From: a virus
Taxonomy: Duplodnaviria > Caudoviricetes
IMG/VR virus record: IMGVR_UViG_3300012952_002144
Coordinates: 1 to 24,548 of that record
Length of the DNA: 24,548 bases
Reading direction: 5' to 3' (one strand)
Below the pieces are notes generated by a model. The model made no database searches. It saw nothing but the letters and a program-made list of their open reading frames with translations, and was not told the origin of the DNA. Position numbers and translations under genes: made by a program. Of the stretch, positions 1 to 8,998 are shown in pieces. How positions within the stretch are numbered: the stretch's first letter is position 1; every line of letters starts with the position of its first letter.

Positions 1-64
1 CCCACGGCAAAGGTACATTCTTTTGCCCAAGCTTTATGTGCCAGTCCGCCGTGAATAAAATCAT
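1..64 (-). CDS. Recombination endonuclease subunit D12 (SbcD/Mre11-like metallophosphoesterase), N-terminus only, runs off window
   Basis: Manual translation MILFTADWHIKLGQKNVPLPW...; the ADWH motif is the first phosphoesterase motif; ATGA overlap with the peroxiredoxin stop; follows D11 as in T5. Confidence 0.85.
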   Translation of the reverse strand, partial: MILFTADWHIKLGQKNVPLPW

Positions 65-570
65 GCAACAAACTCATCGCCTGGTTGCCATTCACAGCCT
101 GTAAGACCGCCTGCTTTTAACGCCTTAAGCGTTCTCAGAATTTCATTAGCATTTCTTCCTGTGTCAAGTGCATTTACTGACATGTGTTGGATTACTCCTT
201 CACTATCAAGAATATATGTTGCTCTTAAGCAAACATTTGCTTCTGGGTCAATTATTCCGAGTTGATCTGCTAATACAAGACCTGTATCTGCAGCTAATGT
301 GTGACTTATGTGCCTTATAGCTCCATTTGCCTGTTTCCATGCTGCTTTACAGAACTCATTATCACTACTTATACCGATTACTTCATCAGTTTCTTCTAGT
401 AATATATCCATAGCAGCTATTTCTGTAGGACAAATGAAAGTGAAGTCTTTTGGGTAAAAATAAATTACTGACCAATCTGCAAGACTCCAGTCATCAACAG
501 TACACATTTCATTGTTTGAATTAACTCCTTGTAACTCAAAACTTGGGAACTTATCGCCTACCATTCTCAT
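61..570 (-). CDS. ahpC: 2-Cys peroxiredoxin (AhpC/TSA family)
   Basis: FYPKDFTFICPTE peroxidatic motif, RATYI, GRN.EILR, C-terminal Cys in GCEW; SD GGAG upstream. Confidence 0.93.
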   Translation of the reverse strand: MRMVGDKFPSFELQGVNSNNEMCTVDDWSLADWSVIYFYPKDFTFICPTEIAAMDILLEETDEVIGISSDNEFCKAAWKQANGAIRHISHTLAADTGLVLADQLGIIDPEANVCLRATYILDSEGVIQHMSVNALDTGRNANEILRTLKALKAGGLTGCEWQPGDEFVA

Positions 571-579
571 TGCTTACTC

Positions 580-1209
580 CTAACTTAAATTAAATTCGTC
601 AGCAACTTCAGCACCAGCTTCATTAGCAGGTGTAGTTACTCTAGTTAGAAGTTCAAGTTGAGCGTCTGGTGTAGGTCTTGGTAAAACGTCGTCCATAGAC
701 CTTAGCTCAGCAGTAGCTGTTAACTCTGCCTCACCTAATGCTCTAGTTTTACACTTAAGAGCTTGTAATCTGTACTCGACATTAAATGCCATTGGTCCAG
801 TTTTGACTCTCTGGAAGTATATGTCCCAGCCTGTTTCAGGGTCAGTAGGGTCGCCTAAATCTTCAGCAGCAACCATGATTTGTTCCCATAGTTTCTTTTT
901 AAGATTTAGTACTTTTACTTTGCCATCTTTTGGGTCTATGCATTGTAGAGCATATGCCCAGCCACATTTTAAATCAGGAAAGAAGTCACGAACGTGATCT
1001 TTTTCCATATTATTGAATGTTTCTGTATTTCTGTCGAAAGCAAGACATTCCATAGGAATATTCTTGTTGTTTTCGCCTTTAATCCAGTAAACATATCTTG
1101 GTAGTATATCTCCTACTAGACGAACGACATTGTCGCCTTCTACATAGGTATACTGATCGATTTTGCTTTTTACAGCTTCACCTTTTACTTGGTTAAATTT
1201 TATTGCCAT
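580..1209 (-). CDS. T5 D11-like DNA-binding (probable ssDNA-binding) protein
   Basis: VRLVGDILPRYVYW, GDPTDPETGWD and GPMAFNVEY resemble T5 D11; acidic/aromatic C-terminus; lies between D10 and D12. Start moved to ATG 1209. Confidence 0.75.
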   Translation of the reverse strand: MAIKFNQVKGEAVKSKIDQYTYVEGDNVVRLVGDILPRYVYWIKGENNKNIPMECLAFDRNTETFNNMEKDHVRDFFPDLKCGWAYALQCIDPKDGKVKVLNLKKKLWEQIMVAAEDLGDPTDPETGWDIYFQRVKTGPMAFNVEYRLQALKCKTRALGEAELTATAELRSMDDVLPRPTPDAQLELLTRVTTPANEAGAEVADEFNLS

Positions 1210-1210
1210 T

Positions 1211-1615
1211 TTAGTTTTCCTTTTTCCATTTAGCGTTATCTTCAAATTTAAAATGAATTACCCCATCTTTCATTTGAAGCAATCTGTTGTTGTTAATAAT
1301 ATCTTTGAGTACTGGGAGATGAAGTAACTCTAATGTGGTCTCTCCTGTTCTCTTATACTCAAAGTAATTGCGATAAGAAGCAACTTGTACATATATAGCG
1401 GCTTCTAAATTACTATAGTTTTTTCTTTCTACTAACAACTGTCGAGGGTTTAGTAGAAAGCTATCCCCATAAAAACTTTTCCCGTAGTACTTAAAGGTTT
1501 TATCCCTATGACTAGAAGGTATGATTTTATAGGTCATAATATGAATAATAGTCATAATCGCTGTCGGGTCGCCCTCAGTCGCGGTTAATATTTTGTTCAT
1601 ATTATATTTTATCAT
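1211..1615 (-). CDS. Conserved T5-like hypothetical protein (between D10 and D11)
   Basis: 134-aa ORF with GDSFLLNP, ASYRNY and NRLL motifs; synteny; directly behind a promoter. Confidence 0.7.
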   Translation of the reverse strand: MIKYNMNKILTATEGDPTAIMTIIHIMTYKIIPSSHRDKTFKYYGKSFYGDSFLLNPRQLLVERKNYSNLEAAIYVQVASYRNYFEYKRTGETTLELLHLPVLKDIINNNRLLQMKDGVIHFKFEDNAKWKKEN

Positions 1616-1618
1616 TAT

Positions 1619-1660
1619 ATTATATCAAAAATTGAACTCCGTGTCAAGTAATATTTTTCG
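1619..1660 (-). promoter_or_regulatory. Sigma70-type promoter
   Basis: AAAAATATTAC-TTGACA(1647-1642)-17 nt-TATAAT(1624-1619). Confidence 0.9.
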
Positions 1661-1667
1661 GAGGTCT

Positions 1668-2948
1668 TTATAAGGTTGATACCTCGTACCCCTGCTTAAT
1701 GTAGTAGCCAAGTCGAGCACTAGCTTGGCGTTTTGCAGTTTTCCCAATTAAATGGATATCAACTACTACAGGTTGTTGTTTTCCTTCATAAGTTCTTATT
1801 ATTCTTCCTATTAACTGTGTAAGCAAAGGCTCGTTGTTAACAGGTGTGCCTAATACTAAGCAACTTAATACATCTAATGAAATACCTTCAGAGAATATTG
1901 ACTGTGTACCATACAATATGTCTTTGTCGTGGTATATCTCTTTCAAAATTCCAGGTCTTTCTTCGTGTGGGACATCTCCAGTTACATAAACTGAGTTGTC
2001 CCCTGTGAGTTTCTGACAGTTCTTTAAAAAGTCAACTCTATCAGACACTACTAAAACTTTATGCCCCTTTGCAGCGTATGCGCTTGCAGTCATGGCTATA
2101 GAATTTTGATACTCTGGGTTATAAGCCAGTTCATTTATTCTATTAGCCCAGGGGATTGAATTGCCGTCCATGAAACGAATTTCTAATGGTAGCACATCAA
2201 TTCTTGGCTTCATAAAGTTTTCCTTTGGTGGTTTTAAGACATTAAATCCAAAGTAATCTCTAAAAACCACATGTTTGCCATCTTTTCTAGTTAGAGTTCC
2301 TGTAAGTCCTATCTTATATCTAGCGCAAGACTTATCAATAATTCGCGAGAATGTCGGTGATGATACATGATGCATTTCATCTAAGATGATTGTCCCAAAT
2401 TCTTGTCTCAACTCTTTAATTTTTTTGTATAAAGATTGTATATTACCTACTACAATCGGAGGCGAAATTTCGAAATTTCCACTCCCAATTACTCCCGCGT
2501 CAAAACCAAATACTTTTTTCACTTCATTTTCCCATTGCTTTCTTAATGCAACAGTATGAGTTACAACAAGTGTTTTCTGTCCAAGTTTTGCAGCGATAGC
2601 TAAAGCGGTGAATGTCTTTCCCCAACTTACCCATGCGTTAATTATACTACTATCATTCACTTCGTCATAGACCTCTTGTTGACTGGGTCTTAAAGTGAAC
2701 TTAAACTCAGGGAACTCTACTGGTTTTACTGTTCTTTTATCTACTATTTCATAGTTCGATGGAATCAAATCTTCTCTTCCAACGGGCATTGAAACTAAAG
2801 TTTGTTTGATAAGTGCCATGTTTTTTATTATTTGTGGCGGGTCACCAAACTTAAATGAGGGAATTGAGTATGTTAATTCTGTATCAATTTCCCTTTGCTT
2901 TTCTGGGGTTGTTTCCAGATATATTCTATCACTAATTACTGCTTTCAT
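1668..2948 (-). CDS. SF2 DNA helicase (T5 D10/UvsW-like)
   Basis: WGKT Walker A variant, ILDEMHH (DExH), GLTGT, SEGIS and QLIGRIIR motifs. Confidence 0.92.
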   Translation of the reverse strand: MKAVISDRIYLETTPEKQREIDTELTYSIPSFKFGDPPQIIKNMALIKQTLVSMPVGREDLIPSNYEIVDKRTVKPVEFPEFKFTLRPSQQEVYDEVNDSSIINAWVSWGKTFTALAIAAKLGQKTLVVTHTVALRKQWENEVKKVFGFDAGVIGSGNFEISPPIVVGNIQSLYKKIKELRQEFGTIILDEMHHVSSPTFSRIIDKSCARYKIGLTGTLTRKDGKHVVFRDYFGFNVLKPPKENFMKPRIDVLPLEIRFMDGNSIPWANRINELAYNPEYQNSIAMTASAYAAKGHKVLVVSDRVDFLKNCQKLTGDNSVYVTGDVPHEERPGILKEIYHDKDILYGTQSIFSEGISLDVLSCLVLGTPVNNEPLLTQLIGRIIRTYEGKQQPVVVDIHLIGKTAKRQASARLGYYIKQGYEVSTL

Positions 2949-3483
2949 ATCCTTTAAACCATTGTACTAGAGAATATCTAGTTCCTTTCGTAACAGGTAA
3001 TACTTGATGATATAAATTAGAAGGGAATATAATAACTACTCCTCTCTGTTTAAAACTTTCATGTTTTATGCCATCTTCAAATACTAATTCACCCCCTTCA
3101 TATTCTGAAGGTTCAGAAAGTTGAACACTAACACTCAGTACTCTTTTGTTCTTTTCATCTGAATCTTTATGTAATCCATAAAAATCTCCTTTCTCATATA
3201 CTGCAAACTGTAAATCTTCAGCTTCTTCTATAGTATACTCGGGAAAACTATCTTTAACCATATTCTCAATAATTAATTTAAGAAAAGCATTATCTATAAA
3301 ACTTACTTTAGTAGACCTTCCCTCAGACTTTTTATTTTCTTGTCCAATTCCTGCGTTAATCAGCTCTCTTTTTAGCCCTTGTTCAATTATCTGTTCACAG
3401 GCTATAGGAGGTATTACTACTCCATCTACTTTTACTTTGCTTGGTTCGGCTAAATTTTCTCCTAACATGTTTACACGCCTCAT
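2932..3483 (-). CDS. 2OG-Fe(II) oxygenase (PKHD/prolyl-hydroxylase-like)
   Basis: HKD...LSVSVQLS..YEGGEL...FPS.LYHQVLPVTKGTRYSLVQW gives the HxD..H..R signature. Start uncertain (3483 by TAATG coupling, or 3468). Confidence 0.9.
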   Translation of the reverse strand: MRRVNMLGENLAEPSKVKVDGVVIPPIACEQIIEQGLKRELINAGIGQENKKSEGRSTKVSFIDNAFLKLIIENMVKDSFPEYTIEEAEDLQFAVYEKGDFYGLHKDSDEKNKRVLSVSVQLSEPSEYEGGELVFEDGIKHESFKQRGVVIIFPSNLYHQVLPVTKGTRYSLVQWFKGYESSN

Positions 3484-3719
3484 TATGCTACCATCATGCA
3501 ATTTATCCATGCAGGCTCTGGGTGTTTTAAATAAGGCTCACATTTTTCCCACGGGTCTCTATTATCTCTATACTTGTCTAAATCTCTTTCTATCTCTAAT
3601 TCTTTGTCTAGTTCTTCGCAGAGGTAAGTTCCTCTGTCGTCTGTATAACACAAGCCTTCTAATGGTTGGTGTATTTCGCAACCTACTAGTACTAGTGTTA
3701 ATATTATTAATTTTTTCAT
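3483..3719 (-). CDS. Putative lipoprotein
   Basis: MKKLIILTLVLVGC is a signal peptide with lipobox; four further Cys residues. Confidence 0.65.
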   Translation of the reverse strand: MKKLIILTLVLVGCEIHQPLEGLCYTDDRGTYLCEELDKELEIERDLDKYRDNRDPWEKCEPYLKHPEPAWINCMMVA

Positions 3720-3724
3720 ATCTC

Positions 3725-3991
3725 TTACCATTTTTCTACTGGTTTTTCATTTGGGTTAGCATAATTAAAAGGTCTTGACTCTTGCAACTGTGCAGGTCTA
3801 TTTCCTTTGCCTACCCATTCATAATGATGCATTACTGTGAAGGGTGGTGGATTCTTGGGCCACCCTAATATTTCTAAATCTTTTCTAGGGTCTGCTTTCC
3901 AGCAGTAGCTCAGTATTTCTTCTACTGTATTTGCTACTAGATAATGCCTTTTGTTTTCTTCATCTCTTGCATTTGCATACACAAAACTCAT
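3725..3991 (-). CDS. Hypothetical protein
   Basis: ORF; ATG 3991 overlaps the upstream TGA (ATGA). Confidence 0.65.
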   Translation of the reverse strand: MSFVYANARDEENKRHYLVANTVEEILSYCWKADPRKDLEILGWPKNPPPFTVMHHYEWVGKGNRPAQLQESRPFNYANPNEKPVEKW

Positions 3992-4467
3992 ATTTTTCTC
4001 CAACTATCCTTTTTTCGTTCTTCACTAACATCATATAAAATCCAAGGCATGCCCTCTCTATAAAGAATCCCTGCCCAAGTACAAGACTCGGGCAGAGGTC
4101 TATCAAGAGTGAATGGGAAAGGGCAATCCATTATCCATAGCACACTTGCAACGGTTTTTTTCTCCACTCTTAATATTTTATGGTATTTTAACTTTACACT
4201 ATGTATTTTTTCTTTTGTAAAGAAATACCCATTATTGTCTATATAAAATTGACCTTGATGTTTTAGGTAGGAAGCTATATCGGGTAACATAGATTTTAAG
4301 GGATACAAGCTTTTCATCGGACTGGCTAAACGCCTTTTTCCTAATGTATCTCCTTTCATGTTCTTATCATCTAGTACTTGATTATCAATCCATAAAATAC
4401 TATCTAATAATTCTACATTATCAGTATGTACTGCAAAGATAGGAAATTTTAATGTATCATATATCAT
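3988..4467 (-). CDS. Conserved T5-like hypothetical protein downstream of DNA polymerase
   Basis: VLDDKNMKGDTLGKRRL motif and synteny; ATG 4467 coupled to the upstream small ORF stop. Confidence 0.75.
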   Translation of the reverse strand: MIYDTLKFPIFAVHTDNVELLDSILWIDNQVLDDKNMKGDTLGKRRLASPMKSLYPLKSMLPDIASYLKHQGQFYIDNNGYFFTKEKIHSVKLKYHKILRVEKKTVASVLWIMDCPFPFTLDRPLPESCTWAGILYREGMPWILYDVSEERKKDSWRKI

Positions 4468-4565
4468 GTTATTATAAGTCCTATCCAATACCCTAAAAAC
4501 CAGAACACAAATGCCCAGCCGGGGTAGGCTTTACAAAACTCCCATATTTGTCGTAAAAATTCCAC
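4464..4565 (-). CDS. Small membrane protein, 33 aa (not in ORF track)
   Basis: MEFLRQIWEFCKAYPGWAFVFWFLGYWIGLIIT; GTG overlaps the polymerase TAG and TGA overlaps the next ATG. Confidence 0.6.
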   Translation of the reverse strand: MEFLRQIWEFCKAYPGWAFVFWFLGYWIGLIIT

Positions 4566-6829
4566 TATAAGTCATACTTATCTTGGAACTTACCAAACGA
4601 GTAGTCCTCACCTATATCAAAATCACAACCTACAGGAGCATTAGGAATAGATAAACCTCTATCCATTTGAACACATCTCTGTATTATTTCACAATATTCA
4701 TCAATAGCATCTTCTCGTACTTCTGCTAAAATAGAGTCATGTACAAGTGCAAAAATCTTTACAGGTAATGCCTTACGTACTACTTCAGAATGAGCATCTA
4801 CTGCTCCTAATAGGTTGATATCTGAAGCTACAGACTGCACTAAGAAATTTAGTCCAGACCTTACTTCATGACTTGCCACACCTTTATTGTCGGATTGAAC
4901 ATTAGGTAATCTTCTTTTTCTTCCAAAGTAAGAATATATAAATCCATTGTCCATAATAAATCTTGAAGATTTATCAATCCAAGCTCTTAATTTAAAGAAC
5001 TGACGAAAATAATCGTCAATAACTTCTTGTGCTTCTTGAACACTAAAGTATTTGCCTGAGTCAGCAGTTACTTGTTGTGAAATTTTATTAGCACCAGCAC
5101 CATACATAATCCCAAAAGTGACAGCTTTGGCAGCCTGTCTTTGAGTTGAATAATGCTCGGCAACTTCTTCTACTTCACAAGGCAAGTTAAATACTAACTT
5201 AGCAATACTACTGTGGAAATTTCCACCATCTTGAAACACTTTCATTAAGTTTTTATCTTCGGCAAGCACCGCAGCACAATAGACTTCTGCTGTGGTTAAG
5301 TCCATAGCAACAATCTTGTTGCCTTCTTTGGCACGAATGCAACCCTTGACAATAGGATTGTCTCTAGGTATTTGTTGCATATTCATTTTACCACTAGAAG
5401 ATAATCTTCCTGAGGTTGTGCCATGTAGATTAAAATTAGTTCTCAATCTACCATCTTTATCTAACTGTGGAAGTATTTTATCCAAGTAAGTATTCTTGAT
5501 TTTGGACTTTTGTCTAATTGCAAGAATATGCTTTGGAATCTCATGTTCTTCAGCTAGTCCCCTTAACACTTCTGCATCTGTAGAATAAGCTCCAGTTGCA
5601 GTTTTCTTTGTAGGTTTAAGACCCACGAAATCAAATAGAAGTTCTCTTAATTGAACTGTACTATTTGGATTAAATTCTTTTTGTTTTATCTTTTCAAATT
5701 TATCTACTGCTTCGAACTCATATAGTTCATTTACTGCATTATCAATATCTTCTTGCATTAATACTGCGGCCTTAGATAATCTATCTTCATCAAAAGGAAC
5801 TCCTGTGTCTTGAATATCTGTTAAGAATCTACAGCCTGGTATGAGTATATCTTCATACACCTTGAATAACTTATTGTTTTTCTTAACAGCTGGATATAGT
5901 TTAGCAAAGACTAATAGAGTTACTACTGCGTCCATTGCTGCGTATTCCTTCATTATATCGAAAGGAATAGTGTCCCAAGTAAATTGGTCTTTTAAAATAC
6001 GATTTGATTTTCTATATCCATCTATCCAATCGTGCATAGGCTTTTCATAATCTCCATAAGGAGTATATCTCATAGCAAGTTGTTTTAATCCATGAGTGCC
6101 TGGTTGTTCTTCTAAACAATAATGAAGTAGCATTGTATCTTCAAATCTTGGGAATTTAAAATTAAAATGATACTCTAACATAGCTAAGTCAAATTTTGCA
6201 TTATGAAATACAACTATTTTCTTGTCAAATAATTCTTGAAATAACTTCTCTGCTTTTTCATCAATACAGTCTGTGTCTATGTAAGAGCCGTGGTCTTTTT
6301 CGTAAGACATACTAATACCTAGCACATAACCATTTCGAGGATAAAGTCCTGTTGTTTCTGTATCTACTGCAACCCATTGATTTTCATGATTGATTGCATC
6401 ATCTAAAAATTTATGTAGAGCTTCAGTCTCTGTAATTCCGTAGATTTTATCATCATCAAGTTTTTCTATTTTAAGTTCACCACTAATGAACTTCTTAATG
6501 TTTTCCTTACTTTCTTCCCACAAAGGTTTAGCCTCTGGTTTAAAAGCCAGCATGGAAGGGTTAATAGCAGGTAAGAACTTGTCGTCTACACATCTACCAC
6601 TATATTCTGTTACCGAAGTTTCTTTAGTATAATACTTAAGTGCTTCAGAACCGATTAGAATAATCCAATCATAGTCATCAATATTTATTTCAATATCAAC
6701 ATCTGCTTTTAAGACTTTCTTTTTGCTACTATCTGAGCAAAGAGCAAATCTATCAAAGTCAAACGCTGTATCGAAATGGTCGACATAGTCTGTCCTACTT
6801 GGTTTAGTTTCTATAAGTGCTATTTTCAT
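4565..6829 (-). CDS. DNA polymerase family A (T5-like) with 3'-5' exonuclease
   Basis: ExoI DTETTG, ExoII HNAKFD, ExoIII YAAMD; TTSGRLSS; motif A DLTTAE; motif B RQAAKAVTFGIMYG; motif C VHDS. Confidence 0.97.
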   Translation of the reverse strand: MKIALIETKPSRTDYVDHFDTAFDFDRFALCSDSSKKKVLKADVDIEINIDDYDWIILIGSEALKYYTKETSVTEYSGRCVDDKFLPAINPSMLAFKPEAKPLWEESKENIKKFISGELKIEKLDDDKIYGITETEALHKFLDDAINHENQWVAVDTETTGLYPRNGYVLGISMSYEKDHGSYIDTDCIDEKAEKLFQELFDKKIVVFHNAKFDLAMLEYHFNFKFPRFEDTMLLHYCLEEQPGTHGLKQLAMRYTPYGDYEKPMHDWIDGYRKSNRILKDQFTWDTIPFDIMKEYAAMDAVVTLLVFAKLYPAVKKNNKLFKVYEDILIPGCRFLTDIQDTGVPFDEDRLSKAAVLMQEDIDNAVNELYEFEAVDKFEKIKQKEFNPNSTVQLRELLFDFVGLKPTKKTATGAYSTDAEVLRGLAEEHEIPKHILAIRQKSKIKNTYLDKILPQLDKDGRLRTNFNLHGTTSGRLSSSGKMNMQQIPRDNPIVKGCIRAKEGNKIVAMDLTTAEVYCAAVLAEDKNLMKVFQDGGNFHSSIAKLVFNLPCEVEEVAEHYSTQRQAAKAVTFGIMYGAGANKISQQVTADSGKYFSVQEAQEVIDDYFRQFFKLRAWIDKSSRFIMDNGFIYSYFGRKRRLPNVQSDNKGVASHEVRSGLNFLVQSVASDINLLGAVDAHSEVVRKALPVKIFALVHDSILAEVREDAIDEYCEIIQRCVQMDRGLSIPNAPVGCDFDIGEDYSFGKFQDKYDL

Positions 6830-6849
6830 TTTTGTTTTTTATTTTATAT

Positions 6850-6890
6850 ATTATATCAAAATTTCAACGCCATGTCAAGAAATATAAATG
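6850..6890 (-). promoter_or_regulatory. Sigma70-type promoter for polymerase
   Basis: TTGACA(6878-6873)-17-TATAAT(6855-6850); contains the primase TGA. Confidence 0.88.
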
Positions 6891-7714
6891 TGTTCCTCTA
6901 ATTGCCGTACTTCACTTTCCGACAGAGAGCCTGGGTCTCTATTATCCCCTAAATCATATGTTTCTGCTAAAAAGCCATTTTCTAGTGCCATAGCTTTTGT
7001 TTTTTCGGCTCCTTTTCTTCCTGCATCATCGCCATCAAATACAATATCTATCCCTGTTATACCTTGCATTTTCAACAATGATAATTTCTCTGGTGTTACT
7101 TTGTTTACTCCAAAACAACACATAGCGTTTTTTAAGTTTTTATCATGAAGATTTATCATATCAAATAAACCTTCTACCAATAATACTCTATTTCTTATTG
7201 GCTTGACAATCGCAGGAAAAAGTGGTAGAACGGCTTGGGGAGGATAGATCATGTACTTCGGAACTTGTCCCAAAGTTCTGTGTCTGCCGTTAAAGCCTAC
7301 CACTTTTCCCATGATGTCACGGATAGGGAAAATCACTCTACCAGCGAATCTTCCATCGTGATGGGTAAAAGCATCAAAATCATAATATGTACTAGGTTTA
7401 ATTTCTCTCCAATTTTCTGCAAAGGGTCTCCACCCACTTGGAAAGTCTAATCCTACACTTGATGCTCTAAGTTCTTCTATTTTTGTCTTTAGTCTGTCTC
7501 TACGAATCTGTAAATAGTTTTGTTCTTTATTAAAATGTCTAAATATGTCGCCTTTAAAACCACAAGAAAAACAACTAAATATACCACTTATTTTATCAAT
7601 ACTCATACTAGGGTTTTTATCTTCATGGTCAGGACTTAAACACCTGATAAGATAATCCCTACCTCTTGGTTTATATGGTATACCTTGTTCGTCTAATAAT
7701 TCGTCTACTCTCAT
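6875..7714 (-). CDS. DNA primase (CHC2 zinc finger + TOPRIM)
   Basis: CLSPDHEDKNPS...CFSCG, GFNGR, VEGLFD, FDGDDAG and DPG motifs. Confidence 0.95.
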   Translation of the reverse strand: MRVDELLDEQGIPYKPRGRDYLIRCLSPDHEDKNPSMSIDKISGIFSCFSCGFKGDIFRHFNKEQNYLQIRRDRLKTKIEELRASSVGLDFPSGWRPFAENWREIKPSTYYDFDAFTHHDGRFAGRVIFPIRDIMGKVVGFNGRHRTLGQVPKYMIYPPQAVLPLFPAIVKPIRNRVLLVEGLFDMINLHDKNLKNAMCCFGVNKVTPEKLSLLKMQGITGIDIVFDGDDAGRKGAEKTKAMALENGFLAETYDLGDNRDPGSLSESEVRQLEEHIYIS

Positions 7715-7800
7715 AATCCTTGATTGTGCCTTCTATCTGTCTGCTGTTTTATAACTTTTTTACTTAGCTTTTTAACTTTTTGTTGTTGTTGTTTTTTCAT
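7711..7800 (-). CDS. Small basic peptide, 29 aa (not in ORF track)
   Basis: MKKQQQQKVKKLSKKVIKQQTDRRHNQGL; ATGA overlaps at both ends (deformylase stop, primase start). Confidence 0.6.
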   Translation of the reverse strand: MKKQQQQKVKKLSKKVIKQQTDRRHNQGL

Positions 7801-8252
7801 GGTTTGTATACTTTTCCTCTATCTTCAATTAAATATCCATTCATATGGTCGAATTCATGCATTATTACTGCAGCGTCGTGTCCTTTATATTTTTCTTTCA
7901 TTCTTACCCACGCTCCTTTAGCTACTGTGTCATATTGTATAACTACATAACTAGGTCTTGATGTTCTTACTTGTACATTATCACAACTTAGACACCCTTC
8001 CCAATGTTTTTTCTCAAAAGGACTTCTTTCTAGTATCTTTGCATTTACAAATAACTTAGTATCATCTCCTTTTCCTGCTAAAAATATTCTTTTAGGGATT
8101 CCAATTTGGATTGCTGCTATACCTACTCCATCTAATTCGTCCATTACTTCTTTCATATTATCAACAATCTCTCCGAGTTCTTCAAAAGTTCCTACTCTCC
8201 ACTCTTTTGAGACTTGTCTTAAAATCTTTTTATCCTTTACTATCTTTCGCAT
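7797..8252 (-). CDS. def: Peptide deformylase (short, no C-terminal helix)
   Basis: GVGIAAIQIG, EGCLS and HEFDHMNG: all three PDF motifs. Confidence 0.95.
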   Translation of the reverse strand: MRKIVKDKKILRQVSKEWRVGTFEELGEIVDNMKEVMDELDGVGIAAIQIGIPKRIFLAGKGDDTKLFVNAKILERSPFEKKHWEGCLSCDNVQVRTSRPSYVVIQYDTVAKGAWVRMKEKYKGHDAAVIMHEFDHMNGYLIEDRGKVYKP

Positions 8253-8718
8253 TTCTTTCCCACTTTAGTGTTTCGCCTAAATCTTCGTATTCGGTCATAT
8301 CAACTCCATCATGTTTTTCAACTTTGTAATGAAGTGATTTAAATACTGCTTCTTGCATTTGAAACCATATAGCAATAGCTTTACCTCTAAATTCTTCCTC
8401 TGGCCAAAGGTAATAACAGTTATGCCAATCTTCTAAAAATCTATGAACTACTACTTCAAAGTTTTGTCCTTTTAATTCTGCTACTGCTCTTAATCTTTGA
8501 CTTCCCGCTAAAGGATACCACTCTTTCATTGACAGAAATGGATTCAATAATCCGTTTGCTTCAATACTTTTCATTAGGGGTTCATTTAAAGGAACGTCCA
8601 TAATATTTTCTGCTATTTGGGGTTGTGCCAATAAAAAGTCAGTATCAGTATGTACTACTTCATAAGGTGGAACTGCAACTAACTTTGCAGCCTTTTTTCC
8701 AATTCTATCACTTGCCAT
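8230..8718 (-). CDS. ParB/sulfiredoxin-like domain protein
   Basis: LMKSIEANGLLNP...LAGSQRLRA resembles the ParB N-terminal S-I-x3-G-x3-P and GxxR motifs. Confidence 0.6.
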   Translation of the reverse strand: MASDRIGKKAAKLVAVPPYEVVHTDTDFLLAQPQIAENIMDVPLNEPLMKSIEANGLLNPFLSMKEWYPLAGSQRLRAVAELKGQNFEVVVHRFLEDWHNCYYLWPEEEFRGKAIAIWFQMQEAVFKSLHYKVEKHDGVDMTEYEDLGETLKWERNAKDSKG

Positions 8719-8998
8719 TGAAATATCCTTTATCTGCTAAAACTCTGGTGAATTCGCCAATTATACTCTTTCTAGGTAGTAATTTTCCTATTTCTACATA
8801 TTTTTCAGTTTTTACTATATATCTTCGTATTCTGCCATTATTAAATCTTGTATCTATAACTCTGCCATCTTTTCGTTCAGTATAACACATACTTGTAGTA
8901 TCTGAATTGAATACGTGTAGGTCTTTTACTTGTTCTCCCCACTCTTCCGCGGCTATTTTTAATCGTTGTTTTTCTACTCTTTCATCATATTGAGTCAT
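8708..8998 (-). CDS. Hypothetical protein
   Basis: 96-aa ORF packed between neighbours, SD AGGAG upstream. Confidence 0.7.
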   Translation of the reverse strand: MTQYDERVEKQRLKIAAEEWGEQVKDLHVFNSDTTSMCYTERKDGRVIDTRFNNGRIRRYIVKTEKYVEIGKLLPRKSIIGEFTRVLADKGYFNGK

